This document shows positions 27,444 through 39,802 of a stretch of DNA of 64,000 bases, piece after piece; position 1 is the stretch's first letter; each line of letters starts with the position of its first letter. The stretch comes from Octopus bimaculoides (lineage: Eukaryota), in assembly GCF_001194135.2 (NCBI RefSeq), contig NC_068985.1, forward strand, positions 27,269,957 to 27,333,956, written 5' to 3'. The notes beneath the pieces are model-generated. The model worked only from the letters and a program-made list of their open reading frames with translations, was not told the DNA's origin and made no database searches. The position numbers and the translations under genes are program-made.

Positions 27444-27823
27444 GGAGGCACAATGGCCCAGTGGTTAGGGCAGCAGACTCGCGGTCATAGGATCGCGGTT
27501 TCGATTCCCAGACCGGGCGTTGTGAGTGTTTATTGAGCGAAAACACCTAAAGCTCCACGAGGCTCCGGCAGGGGATGGTGGCGAACCCTGCTGTACTCTT
27601 TCACCACAACTTTCTCTCACTCATTCTTCCTGTTTCTGTTGTGCCTGTAATTCAAAGGGTCAGCCTTGTCACACTGTGTCACGCTGAACCTCCCCGAGAA
27701 CTACGTTAAGGGTACATGTGTCTGTGGAGTGCTCAGCCACTTGCACGTTAATTTCACGAGCAGGCTGTTCCGTTGATCGGATCAACAGGAACCCTTGACG
27801 TCGAAAGCGATGGAGTGCCAACA
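27444..27823 (+). mobile_element. Full-length tRNA-derived SINE family C with 13-bp TSD
   Basis: A-box TGGCCCAGTGG and B-box GGTTTCGATTCC; ATATATATATGCT at 27431-27443 and 27824-27836. Confidence 0.92.
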
Positions 27824-27872
27824 ATATATATATGCTAATATTACATTTAAAAATAATCAAGAATTAGGTGTC

Positions 27873-28937
27873 ACAAGGGTGGGCTGAAAACTTCATGGGC
27901 TGACTATAAGGAATGATGTTAGAGCTGTAAAATCTTGAAGGCATTAATTTTAACTCTTCTTATTAATAACTGCATTGTTTCTTTCCAGGCAAACTGCCAT
28001 CTAACTGTTCAAAGAACACTTCAAAAATAACTAGTAGCAACTTCTCTTGAAAATGGACAAAATTTGAAATCGTGGTGTTATCTAGTACCTGCAGAAAAAA
28101 GAGTTTAGTCTCCAAGGAAATTCATGCTGACATGGTTGCTACATTAGTGGGCAGCTGATTTTAGGAGCGAAAGGGAGAGTCTTCAACATGATGCATGGTT
28201 GGATATCTTGCAACTGCCACCACTGAAGAAAACATTGATCGTATTTACTACATGGTAATGGATGACAGGCAACTGACTATAAATCAAATAACCAATGCTA
28301 TGAGCATATCCTGTGACAGAGTTGAGAATGTTCTCCACAATGAACTCGACATGATGAAGGTTCCTGCTTGGTGGGTGCCCATATCTTCTGACACTTGATC
28401 AAAAGCACACCAGGTTGATTACATCATAGGAAGGCCAAGGTTGTTTCATCTGCAGGGAAGGTGATATCCTCAGTTTTTTGGGATGCAAAAGGTTTATTGA
28501 CTATCTTCAAAAGAGCCACACCATCAATGGGGAATACTATGTCAGCTTGCTGAGGCAGTTACAAAAAGGCTATCAAGACCAAACACCCAGAAAAACTGAC
28601 GAAAGGGGTCTTGTTTCTTCAGGACAATACTCCAGCATACAAGTCCTTCATTTCAATGGCTGCTGTGCGTGATTGTGGCATTGAACTGGTTGATCATTGT
28701 CCCGATTCTCTTAATTTGGCTCTGACTATCTCAACATTAACAAACACTTGGCTGGGAACCAGTATCACAGTGATGATGACATCCTGTCTGCTGTTGATAA
28801 CTTTCCAACAGGATGAAAACTTCTTCACCAATATCAGTGTGTGGACTGCAAGGGAGTCTATGTTGAAAAATAACATTATTTGGTCACATTCTATGAGATA
28901 TCTTGGTCAGTCTAGGAACTTTTCAGCTGATCCTTCT
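27873..28937 (+). mobile_element. Decayed, internally deleted mariner transposon (irritans/HsMar2-like)
   Basis: Degenerate 32-bp TIRs, 24/32 match (ACAAGGGTGGGCTGAAAACTTCATGGGCTGAC vs the reverse complement of the right end). Broken transposase motifs: MDKI*NRGVI, WWVP, GKVISSVFWDAKG, YLQKSHTINGEYY, LQDNTPAYKS, HCPDSLNLA (cf. HPPYSPDLAP). Confidence 0.9.
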
Positions 28938-29179
28938 TTTAGTAAAAATAACTAACACATTTATTTCAATATTGAATCAGTGTTTGGATCAATGAGATGT
29001 AGCATAAAATGATGGAAGGTTTTAATTCAAATATGAACATTTTAAAATAGGTATTTTTCTTTTGAAGAATGAGAGACAATGTCAGGTGGGTTTAGTAGGA
29101 AGAAGGTTAGCCACAATTGGACCTGTTACTTGAGTGCAATGACAACCCTTACAGGATTTGCTGCAACTCTGAAGTATTA

Positions 29180-29220
<41 letters not shown>

Positions 29221-30796
29221 GCAGCAGTGAAATTTGTACAGACAAGACACTGGTAAGTTAATATCTGTTCAAGTCAGAATTGATTTGCTGATAAAACTTT
29301 TGGTTCTAAGCTAATGTTCATATTGTAACTACTAATCTATAACTCTGACTGCTGGTGGAATTTCCTAACTTCTGATTACTTTAAGTACAAAAATTATGCT
29401 TACATTACAGTAAGCCTGCATATCTAAAGAGTCTACTGATGAAAACATAGCTGAGCTTGCACTGTACGAACCACCCAGTGTGCAACATGATATGCAATCA
29501 GATTGAAGTATGACCTGTCTGATGTGCTTGTCTATGGGCCACTCAATTGAATGGTTACATCTGCACTCTTTAAGTTACTAAAATTTGAGTTGCCCAATAA
29601 CAATAACAACCACCACCCTTTCTTAAAGTAAAGAATCTAAATATTTAGACCATTATAAAGCAGATAGGAGGGAAGGTACTAAGAATGATAGTAAATTGAT
29701 TTTGCTGATGTTTTAAATAGGGGTTAACTTGTTATGAACTAAAGAGCACACACACACACACACATATGAAAACTGATCATAGGGTGAGATCAAGTGACAA
29801 CAGTAAGTTCAACTTGATAAAAAGCAATTATTCCAGGATATAACACAAATTAGAAAATGTACTTCTACAGATTATAGACAAAGACCATAAGACACAAACT
29901 AAGACCTTCTAGTCATCAGTTCTCAACAGTATTTGATAGTTGTGTAAAATTAAGATAGTTACTATAAAAATAAATGATGATGATTATGTGTGGTACTGGC
30001 ACTAATGAGATTACCAAGTAATTCACAAAACAAGACTTCTTAAAAGAATGGGAGTTCAGTATTGAGGAAATGGCTTTGTGCCAGGTGCTGAGAGGGACAA
30101 GAATAGTCTTGCTTTAGAGGAGATATATCGGTATCCCAGGTAGAAAGAGAAGGTGAAGATGAGGTTTCAGGGTATACTCTCAAAATACAAGGTAGATAAT
30201 GAAAGAATATGGACAAATAACCGAGGATTGTTAGGTGGGTAAGTTCATGAGTGTGTGAAGGAGAATGACAGAGATGATTAGAGATGGAAATAGAGATGAA
30301 TGCAGTAAATGATGAAAAGGGTGATGTGGTCAATAGATTATCTCAATTTGGTGGGGAGGAGGAAGGTTAAAAAAAATAAGAGTCAAAGAGGAGGAGGTCA
30401 TAGGTGACAATACATAAGATGGAGTGGGGCAGGGATGGCAAGTGTCAATTTAATAAAACCCAAGATAGATGAGAAATAGGGAGATGATGTGAAGTGTGGA
30501 GGTGAGACAAAAATGTGCAGGCATGTGTGTGTGTGTATGTGGGGGGACATTCAATGGAAATAAAGTTGTAAGGGATGATGTTGAGAGTGCAGGATGAGTG
30601 ACAAGAGGAGTGGTTCCAAGGAGAAGGATAACTTGATAGCACAAAAGTAGGGGATGAAATATGTGCAGTTCTGCTCTTGTATAATTATAGCAGCTGAGGA
30701 AACAATATTGTAGTTAGAAGGGTGAAAGAAGGTGGGATAGGTACTAGGAAGACAAGTTGTGAGTTGTGAAGAATGCTTGACAGGTACAAATTATCA

Positions 30797-31040
30797 TCAT
30801 CATTTAACGTCCCCCTTCCAGTGCTGGCATGGGTTGGATGGTTTGACAGGATTTGGCCAAGTAGAAGACTATTCCAGGTTTCTGTGTCTTTTGGCATGGT
30901 TTTTACAGCTGGATGCTCTTCCTAACACCAACCACCCCGCAGGGTCAGTTTTGGCATGATTTTTACAGCTGGATGCCCTTCCAAATGCCGCCAGCAATTT
31001 TAGTGTGGACTGGATGCTTTTTATGTGACACCAGCACTGG
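30797..31040 (-). mobile_element. Retroposon 3' end with (GAT)n tail, old copy
   Basis: CATCATCATTTAACGTCC...GCATGGGTTGGATGG; duplicated TTTTACAGCTGGATG. Confidence 0.75.
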
Positions 31041-31406
31041 TAATATTAAAAAATAAAATTGGGAGAAAATATTAACCATCTCAAGTTCCATGGTATCAGC
31101 AACTGTATCAATATAAGGACAGAAAAAGAGCTGTGAACAAAGATTATAAATTCAAAATTCTGCATACCGAAATGATTGACTATAGTGTAAAATCAATTTT
31201 TAGAACTCTTTATAGAGCAAGACCTCAATAGTAAAAGTCTTATGAAGAATATTAGCCTTTCATGTACTTAATCTACATTTATAGAATTTTGCTTTTTTCC
31301 TGCTAGTTGAGCTGGTGAATCAACTAAAAGACAAGATCAACAGATATTTGTTTGTTATCAATGTAACTTGATTTTCAAGTAATTAGATTTTTAACTTTAT
31401 ATATAT

Positions 31407-31931
31407 GGCATATCCGGTATTGAAGCCATCATCATCAAAATACAGCTTAAATGGTCATGTCATATCTCATGTATGAGTGATAACAGAATTCTGAAGCAAC
31501 TTCTCTTTGGCCAATTCCCAATAGGAAGGTCAATTTGAAGGCCACTCTTGCACTTCAAAGACAAACTAAAAGACAATCTGAAATGATGCAACATTCTCTT
31601 TTCTTCCTGAGAAAACAAAGCACCAGGACACAAGACCTGGCACCACTTCTGCTTCTCTTCAGATCAAAGATTTGAGCATAGTTAACTCCAGCATTGGGAC
31701 CAACTTTGTGCAAACATGAACGCATGCTGGCAAAATGTTGCTCCTCTAAATGGCAACTTTACCTGTCATTGTGGTTTTGTGGTTTGAAACAAAGTATGTC
31801 TTGCTGTTCACTCAAGAAAACACATAGTAAATGATGCACAAGCACTCAAGAAAACCGAGTCCTCAACTTGTTCCATTTGCCAAAAGGTTTGCAAGGCACC
31901 AACAGGCCTCAAGAGACATTTGTGTCCATAG
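31407..31931 (+). mobile_element. RTE-clade LINE ORF2 3' end, decayed
   Basis: GISGIEAIIIKIQLKWSCHISCMSDNRILKQLLFGQFPIG, then RPLLHFKDKLKDNLK, and the terminal zinc finger TCSICQKVCKAPTGLKRHL; all typical RTE C-terminal motifs. Confidence 0.88.
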
Positions 31932-32699
31932 AACATGATTACTGCTTTATTTTACTGAATCCTCATTTGTCGTTCACAATTAGAGAATTTATCATATAGG
32001 GCAATAAATATAAAATTATTTAAAAAAAAAAGACTAAGAGGTATGTTATTTAAAAGTTGTAGATGACTTAATTTACAACATTTTGTATGAAAATACATAC
32101 AAAATATGTATTTTCATTAATAACAATTCAACAGATGGTTTGTTTCAACAATATAATTCTGAAAGCAATAAAGCAGACATTAAGTTCTGAAAATGAGTGG
32201 AGGACTAAATTGAAACACAGACGCTTAGAGTGAATAGATGATGCTTGGAACACAACTCTAAACAGGAAATTTAATATATGATAACTAAACAGCAACATTA
32301 ATTAGAAAATAAATTACCAATAAATTCAGAATGTAATGTAGAAATAGTCATAGTTCTTAAAAAACAAAGCAAAGGTTAACAAAATAAAGAGGTAATTGGA
32401 TTAACTGGATAATTTAATCCTAATGCATTAGCTGAAAGGCAGTTATGACATCAATTGATGCCTAATCTCTTCTTTTGATATGTTACAACAACACTTGAGT
32501 AAAATTCTTCCAAATTTATTCAGGTAAGTAAAACAACTTGGTAATAACTGTTTAAGCCTTTTGGGATTTCTAATACATTTGATCCAAGATATGAAACTTA
32601 AGACTTTATTATTTTTGAAAATAGTAGAAATCATAGGTCCATATTTAATAAATATAGGTCCAGGCAAAACTAACCAGCTAATGATAAAAGACTGCAAAA

Positions 32700-32897
32700 A
32701 TGGCTGTAAGCTGGCATAATTGTTAGCACAATGGGCAAAATGCATTTTGTCCATCTTCATGTTCCAAGTTCAAATCCCACTCAAGTCAACTTTGCCTTTC
32801 ATCTTTCCAGGGTCAAAAGTACCTTTGAATACTGGGGTCGATGTAACTAACACCCTCCCTCAAACTTGCTGGCTCTGTGCCAAAATTTGAAACCAGT
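32700..32897 (+). mobile_element. SINE family B copy
   Basis: AAGCTGGCATAATTGTTAGCA...AATTTGAAACC. Confidence 0.85.
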
Positions 32898-33569
32898 ATA
32901 AAAGATCACAAATAGTTTTGCCTCAGTAGCATCTTATTAATGACAGCGACTGTTTATCCTTCTCTTTAACTGTTTATCCTTCAACTTAACATGTTGATTA
33001 CTTTTACCCAACATCAACAAACTAAATTATAACTATACCACTGTACAATAAAACAAATTCTTACAAAGATTTTATAACTACAAACTTCCACAAAGAAAAA
33101 ATATAGAAGGATCTACCCTTTCAAAGTTTGTTTTGACTTTACTGAGACCTATTTAATTATGTACATTGCCCAGTATGTACAGGTCAGCAAAAAGAACAAG
33201 GGTTTGTAAGTGTGTGTGTAGGGATGGCAGTTATATTCAGTTCAGCTGATTAACCCTAATATTTTTCACAAGATATATGATTCCAGATGATATTTTTAAG
33301 AGACTACTAAAACTTTCATTATATCAAAATAGCTAACATTAGAAAATGTCTACGTAGATGAACCAAATAACATCATTGCCTGAGTGTAATGAAGCTTAAT
33401 AATTTAGATGTTACATAACAATACATCAAGTAAAGCTAGTAATGTTATATGAAAAATAAGAAACTATTTTTGAATAGTGGACGATGAAAGAAGACAACAA
33501 ACTGTTCATTTCCTCTGTTCTTAATTGTTTTACCCAGCATTTTAATAACAATAAATTATTTAGCACAAA

Positions 33570-33832
33570 GCAAAGCCTTGTGAGTTGATTTGGTAGATGG
33601 AAACTGAAAGAAGCCTGTTGTGCATGTGTGTGTGCTTTTGGTGTTTGTTCCCTACTACTGCTTGACAACTGGTGTTGGTTTGTTTACATCCTCTATATGT
33701 AGCAATTTGTGAAAAGAGACCGATAGAATAAGTACCAGGTTTAAGAAAAAATAGGCACTGGGGTCAATTTGTTTGATCAAAACCCATCATGGTGGTATCC
33801 CTGGCATGGTCACAGTCCAATGACTGAAACAC
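33570..33832 (+). mobile_element. 5'-truncated SINE family A copy
   Basis: CAAAGCCTTGTGAG...AATGACTGAAAC. Confidence 0.85.
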
Positions 33833-35254
33833 AAAATGTAATAGATATCTAAATTTTGAATGGAATTCAACCATCCAAAAGTATAAAAGTTAAATTGTGA
33901 AAGTTATGTAAGTTGGCATTAATGGCTGTGTTAGAGAAATGGAGATGCCTTGATATACGAGTTAATTTGTTCCCACTGAAAACATGTAAAGCAGAGCAAT
34001 AATTTCCCATAGTAGCATTTTACCTATAAAATTTATAATACTTGTAAATAAATGGCAATAAATCAACAGTAGAATGTAAAGAATATTTTATGTAAAGTAA
34101 AAAGAATATCAAGATCATTTATAACTTGTAGATGTGATCACTAATTCACAAGCACTCATGGAAGGACTTGTAGATTTCTTTTTTAAAAACAAGTCTAGAG
34201 TTGTTTGCTTAGAAGAATTATTTTTTTTTTGCTCTCTATAAATTTTTTGGTAACACACAGAAACATTTGTTATGGTAGTAGAAACATTTGAACTTCATTC
34301 AAGATTTGGATTTTGTACTTGAAAAATAAAACTTGTAAACCTGGGGTCTTGTAAAGTGAGGTATTACTGTACATATATTCTAGTGTGTTCAATATATAAT
34401 CAATACTTAGAAATCGCAAACAGAAGAAACAAGTCAATGAGGGATTCTCTACCTTAAAGCACAACCTGCTAGAAATAGGAGTCAAATCTTCCTCAGATCA
34501 TATTCTACCATTTTGAATAAGTAAAGGACATATTGAATATTGTAGCCTTACACACTTCCAAGAAAGGTGAGATGGTCATGGTTAGAATTGCCTTTGATCG
34601 TGGGTCTGCTTGAGCAGAGTTGACTTGTTTATGACAGCAACTAGTAGAAGAAATTTTAAAAATAGAAAATATGGGATGAATTAAAAAAAAATATTGAAAA
34701 GTTCTTAAAATTTAAATGGTAATTTCAATAACTTAATTACTACAACATAGTGATATATATACCTTGTAGATTTATACTGACTTCTGTTTCTGCAATTTAC
34801 ATGTAAGGCAAGAAATGAATTTAAGTGAGCTTCATTTCAAACAGTTATAACTTATTTACTTAAACCAAGGATAACAAAGTGTGTGTGTGTGTGTGTGTGT
34901 GCATGAAGAGGTGTTAGTAGATTCAACAGACTAGGTCTGGTAAGGTTCATCAAAATTCCTGTAATGGTCATCCAATCTTTTTTATTTTTTCAAACATATC
35001 CTTCTTTAGATGTAATACCAGGGAGATCTGGCTGCAAATTATAGAAGGAAAAGTGACCATTAATGGTTTCTAAACATTGTGGAACCTTGAGTTTGACTAA
35101 ATGAGTTATCGAATTTCAACCTATCACAATGATTGACAAGCAAGAGTAATTACTCTGAAATTTTTGTTATGGCATCCTGCAGATAACTTTTTTCTGTCTC
35201 GGAATTACTGTGTGGACTGTAGTATCTTGCACTAATTTTACTCAACAACCTCAT

Positions 35255-35605
35255 CATCATCTAACGTCCACTCTTCCATGCTTGCATGGGTCAGACAGAA
35301 CTTATTAAGGTAGATTTCCTACAGCCAGATACCTTTCCTGTTGCCAACTATAATATTTCCCCATGAACAGAAATATTTTTCAAACACAGGATTGGAAACA
35401 AACAGCCTCACCTGTATGATGGTGATAGGTAAGGGTACACACACACATATGTACAACGGGCTTTTTTCAGTTTCTGTCAACCAAATCTACTTAAAAGGCT
35501 TTGATTGGCCTGGGGTAGACACAAGCCCAAAGTGCTGCACAATGGAACTGAACCCATGACCACATGGTTGGAAAGAAAACCTTTTAACCACACAGCCACA
35601 CTACA
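35255..35605 (-). mobile_element. Retroposon 3' end (35255-35420) abutting a SINE family A head (35420-35605)
   Basis: Similarity to 20323-20742 and to family A. Confidence 0.65.
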
Positions 35606-35616
35606 CCTGTATATAT

Positions 35617-36177
35617 TCTTTATTCTTTTACTTGTTTCAGTCATTTGACGGTGGCCATGCTGGATCACCGCATTTTTAGTTGCACAAATCAACCCCAGGA
35701 CTTCTTTGTAAGCTTAGTACTTATTCTATTGGTCTCTTTTGCCGAACTGCTAAGTTACAGGGACATAAACACACCACATTGGTTGTCAAGCGATGGTGGT
35801 CTGGGGAACAAACACAGACACACACAAATATATATATATATATATAACAATTAGAAAATTTTGGGTAAAAAACCTCCACTTTTACCCGCTCCCATTGATT
35901 GCACCTAGTATAGCACTAGTGTAGCAATAATTGGGTACCCTCCCAGCAGTATACTGGATAGATACTATCCCTTAGTGGGTTGTACCCCCAACCCCTAACT
36001 CTCTCACGTTATATATATATATATATATATATACACAACGGGTTTCTTTCAGTTTCTGTCAACCAGATGCAAGGCTATAGTAGAAGACATTTGCCCAAGG
36101 TACCACACAGTGGGACTGAACCTGGAACCATGTGGTTGGGAAGCAAGCTTCTTACCACACAGTCATGCCTGTGCCTA
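35617..36177 (-). mobile_element. SINE family A copy with an insertion in its internal microsatellite
   Basis: Tail-core at 35617-35827 and head at 36033-36177 are collinear around the insert. Confidence 0.85.
35845..36010 (+). mobile_element. Unclassified young ~165-bp element inserted in (TA)n
   Basis: Near-identical inverted copy at 60247-60417; (TA)n on both sides. Confidence 0.8.
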
Positions 36178-37733
36178 TAATGTAGACTTGTAATTGGATT
36201 TGTTAATTTCATAACTATTCTGCTCCTGAGATCAATTTACTTAATTTTTGTCATCCTGTATGTAATATTGCTGGTCAGATAAATTCCTGCCAGATTTATT
36301 ATCCTGACATTAACAATTATTTACATTAGTATTTTAAAATCCACTATTGATAGAGATATATAAGACAAAATAATGTTTAATATTTTGCAGATTTACGGAA
36401 AGTAAAGTTCCTTGAGTCCTGTTAGCATCTGCAATTATCAAAAAGGTAACTTGCTTAGGTACTCTGGTAAATGAGGTCAGAACACACTTTGGAACAAATG
36501 AACATTGAAACAATTATAATCATGATAATGTACACAGATTTGTACTTGATTCCTAAATGATTCACTCTAACGAGAAACTTAATTTAAAATGAACTTAATA
36601 TTAAAAAATACACACAGCATATATGGTATATGAATTTTTGAACATCTGTTAAAGAAGTTAATTTTGTTTTTGAAACTAGTCTCTGCATGCATCTAATGTC
36701 TGGCATATTACTTGAGTAGTTTTGACTAGCCAAGTTGAAATTAATATTTGTACAATCAACAAATACGCATCAGTAGATGTAAAATGGTGAATTCTAAAGT
36801 CAGTCACTTAGAAAAAGGTTAAAGCACTAATTTTACCTTATAAAAATAAGTAAATAAATGAAATGAGCTAAGGAAAATAACTGAGGTGGAGCAACAGATA
36901 GAAGTTAAGGGGTGATGTGTAGAGTAGCATATGCAGAAAACTCTTGATTGAAAATTTCCTAAATCTATCAGTTTTCAAGTCAAAATTAAAGGAAGGGAAA
37001 CTCCCAGTCAAATGCAATTATTAACGAACTTTTATGTTAAACAGATTAGAATTTATCAATAAATTTACTCTGGATATGTTAACATATTAAATGTAAATAT
37101 AAATAAAATAAATGAAAAAAAAATGGTAAGATATAATTTACTAAGTATTCTAAAATCTGGTCCAATTTAAATTTTGAATTGAAAGTATTTTGGTAGAAAT
37201 GGTATGAGTATAAACACAGCAAATGAAGACAGGAGGCGAACAGAGAAACTTGTACAAGATCTTACTCATTTCTTAATATATATAATAAAAAAAAAAGGTC
37301 GGGGGGAGGGGGGACCACAAAAGAAAGCAAGAAATTAGAAATTTTGATACTGCTGAAATTCTGGGTTATGGAAAACTTAATGAGGAATATATATATATAT
37401 ATATATCGGATCTGCCGGAAAATTTGTAGAATACTGAAGAACTTTGATTAGTAAGAAATACATGCAGTGATAGATAAAGCAAGGACAAATGCTGAAAAAG
37501 CACGAACGAAATGTTGCCAAATATACATAGAAAAAGAAAAAAGAAAAAAGAAAATTTAAAAAAAATATATATATGGTTTTATTGAGTCGACTGTTAAGAT
37601 CTAATATTGAATCAAATATGCTGCTGAAATATAGCATATCCTACATTAGCATACATTTGCATACACCTTGGATCTCTGGGAGAGAAAGAGAGAGAGAGAG
37701 GACCAACTAGATAAATAATAGCTGTAACTTCCA

Positions 37734-38000
37734 TCATGTGAGCTGCTGACAGCAGGTACCCAGAGTTATTACAGCTATGACAACAAGCCTAGTGTTGGTA
37801 GCAGCTGGAAGCGGGCAACATGTCACCAAGCGATGCTGACGGGCAACCAATCTGATTGGCTGCTCGGCTGTTGCTATGTTGAGATTGATTGGTTGTTCTA
37901 TGCAGTGGTTACAAAAGAAAAGTATTACATGCATCTCGCTGGCATCGCCGTCGCTGCTACCACATTCCAACAGTTCCAGCCATCTCGCACCGGTATTAGA
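37734..38000. promoter_or_regulatory. Candidate promoter/enhancer: GC- and CpG-rich unique block with three CCAAT boxes
   Basis: CCAAT 37847-37851, ATTGG 37855-37859 and 37888-37892; GGCAAC and GTTGCTATG half X-boxes; sits at the CpG boundary. Confidence 0.45.
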
Positions 38001-38560
38001 TAGAAGTGATGGAGGAAGGGGGAGAGGAAAGCTTTTATATCATCTTAAATTTATATACATACGAGAGAGAATACAGGATGGAGTGGGGGAAATCACCATA
38101 ATAGCAAATCTTCCACAAACAAGAGTGCAAAAAGCAGGTATTCCACATTACCACATTAGTTATTTAAAAACGCTCCCCGATTCCACCGAATTTTACACTC
38201 TTTTCACGTTATAAACATCAGTATAACTATTTTAGAAGGAGTAACTTACTTCATTCTCATTTCAGTTTTGAAAACGTCATCCTCCACCCGAACCCCCCCT
38301 CCCGCCAGAAAACCATAAAACAATCGGAATTGATGAAAAAAACTAAGATATGCTTATTCAGTAATCATGACATTTTGCAATTTACGTTACGTATATTATT
38401 ATTATTTTTGTGTTCATAAAATCGAACCATCAGTCAACGAAGCGTATATTATTAACCACGGGTTTACATTAAAACATTATGGACAATACACGACAAAGCA
38501 AAGAATGTATGTATGTATGTGTTGTGAGGGTTTAGCGTGTAAACAAGACTAACATCATAA

Positions 38561-38590
<30 letters not shown>
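38561..38590. repeat. (AAT)n microsatellite
   Basis: Direct reading. Confidence 0.95.
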
Positions 38591-38594
<4 letters not shown>

Positions 38595-39773
38595 CACGCA
38601 GAAAAGAAAGAAAATGGCAACACACAAAAATGAAAATAAAAACAAAAGCAGACAGGAATAGCGCCCTTCCGACACCGGAAATCCATCTAATTAACAAGCG
38701 CGGAATATAGGAGACAGAACATTAAATTATTAAGCATATATTTAAATGTTTCCTTTCGTTCAACGTTAGTCTGAAAGGAAGTCAGAAATGATTTAAGGGG
38801 GTTATTTGGAACGTTTTCCGGAAAATACACTTACTTGTCCATACAAAGTATAACATTTTTTTAAAGGGTCACAGTGCAGTTACCATCTTTACCACCGAGA
38901 AAGTAATGTCTTTCAGAATAACTTAGCAGAGGTGGAAACAAGCGGGTTACCAACCCCAACCTACCTCACCTCACCCAATAAAAAAGCGAAGTGCGCCGAG
39001 TTAGCTTGTTGCTAACCTGGAGTTTGTATACAAATCACACGTGACAAAAGAGTCAAGCAAGTAACACTAGCCCTTTTCTAATTTCTAACCACTTTCAGCT
39101 TATTCGAATTGAACTTGTTGCTTATGTAAGAAGTTATTTAAGCACTTAGCTGAATTATTATAGGCTTGAAATAACGAACGATAGATCGGCAAATAGTAAA
39201 TGGGGATAGCCACAATAAAACAACGAAAAGCTGAATATTTAATATAGTTAACCTTCTACCAAGTCTAAAATTACAATAGCAAGAGGAAATCCAATAAATA
39301 TAGCGGTAACTATCAATTCAGAGGTCGAGATAGTAGTTAAAATGAGGTTATTAAGGATTTAATGAAGATGGCATGAGAAAGTATGTTGAACAATTATTTT
39401 AAGCTTAATGGATTAAAAAACAGAAAAAGGAAAGCGGTTTCAAAAATTGAAATTAAAAGTCTTAACGAGAAAAAGGGGCAACGAGAACAAGATTTTAGCA
39501 TACTTTGTGTAGGGAGAGTATCTAATAAAACGAACAGCAGCAGAGTGAAAAGGAGATAGAAAATCCCCCCCTCCTCCTCACTCGCACAACCATAACAAAA
39601 ACTGAAGCTACCAAATATAACCGAACCTTAATAATATAAACAGATGAAATAAGGAGCAAAGAGAATTGCGGTGGCGAGGGTGAAGATGATAAAGGGAAGT
39701 TGGAGGAGTGAAGTGTCTGGATGGTACATATAAGAAGAGAACGGCGGCGGATGAGGATAATCAGCTGACGTAC

Positions 39774-39802
39774 CTCCGGACAACAGCAGATGCAGCAGCC
39801 AT
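39774..39802 (-). CDS. Candidate first coding exon of an unidentified minus-strand gene (MAAASAVVR-, phase-2 intron follows)
   Basis: AAAATGGCT start context; ATG GCT GCT GCA TCT GCT GTT GTC CGG AG|GTACGT donor; Inr-like TCAGTC at 39907-39912 (minus); the CpG-depleted domain begins ~2.4 kb downstream. Confidence 0.45.

Noticed and set aside
27444-27520. tRNA gene
   Set aside because: The tRNA-like head continues into a SINE body with TSDs and lacks a canonical acceptor stem; the same applies at 42864 and 52826.
30050-30700. Purine-rich block as a Penelope/L2 remnant
   Set aside because: Strand bias is suggestive but I could not read a convincing RT or endonuclease motif.
37408-37419. GATCTGCCGGA shared with ~60199 (inverted) next to (TA)n
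   Set aside because: Only an 11-bp match; flanks do not align.
37960-37972. miR-1-like TGGAATGT on the minus strand
   Set aside because: Only the seed matches; no mature miR-1 sequence or precursor hairpin.
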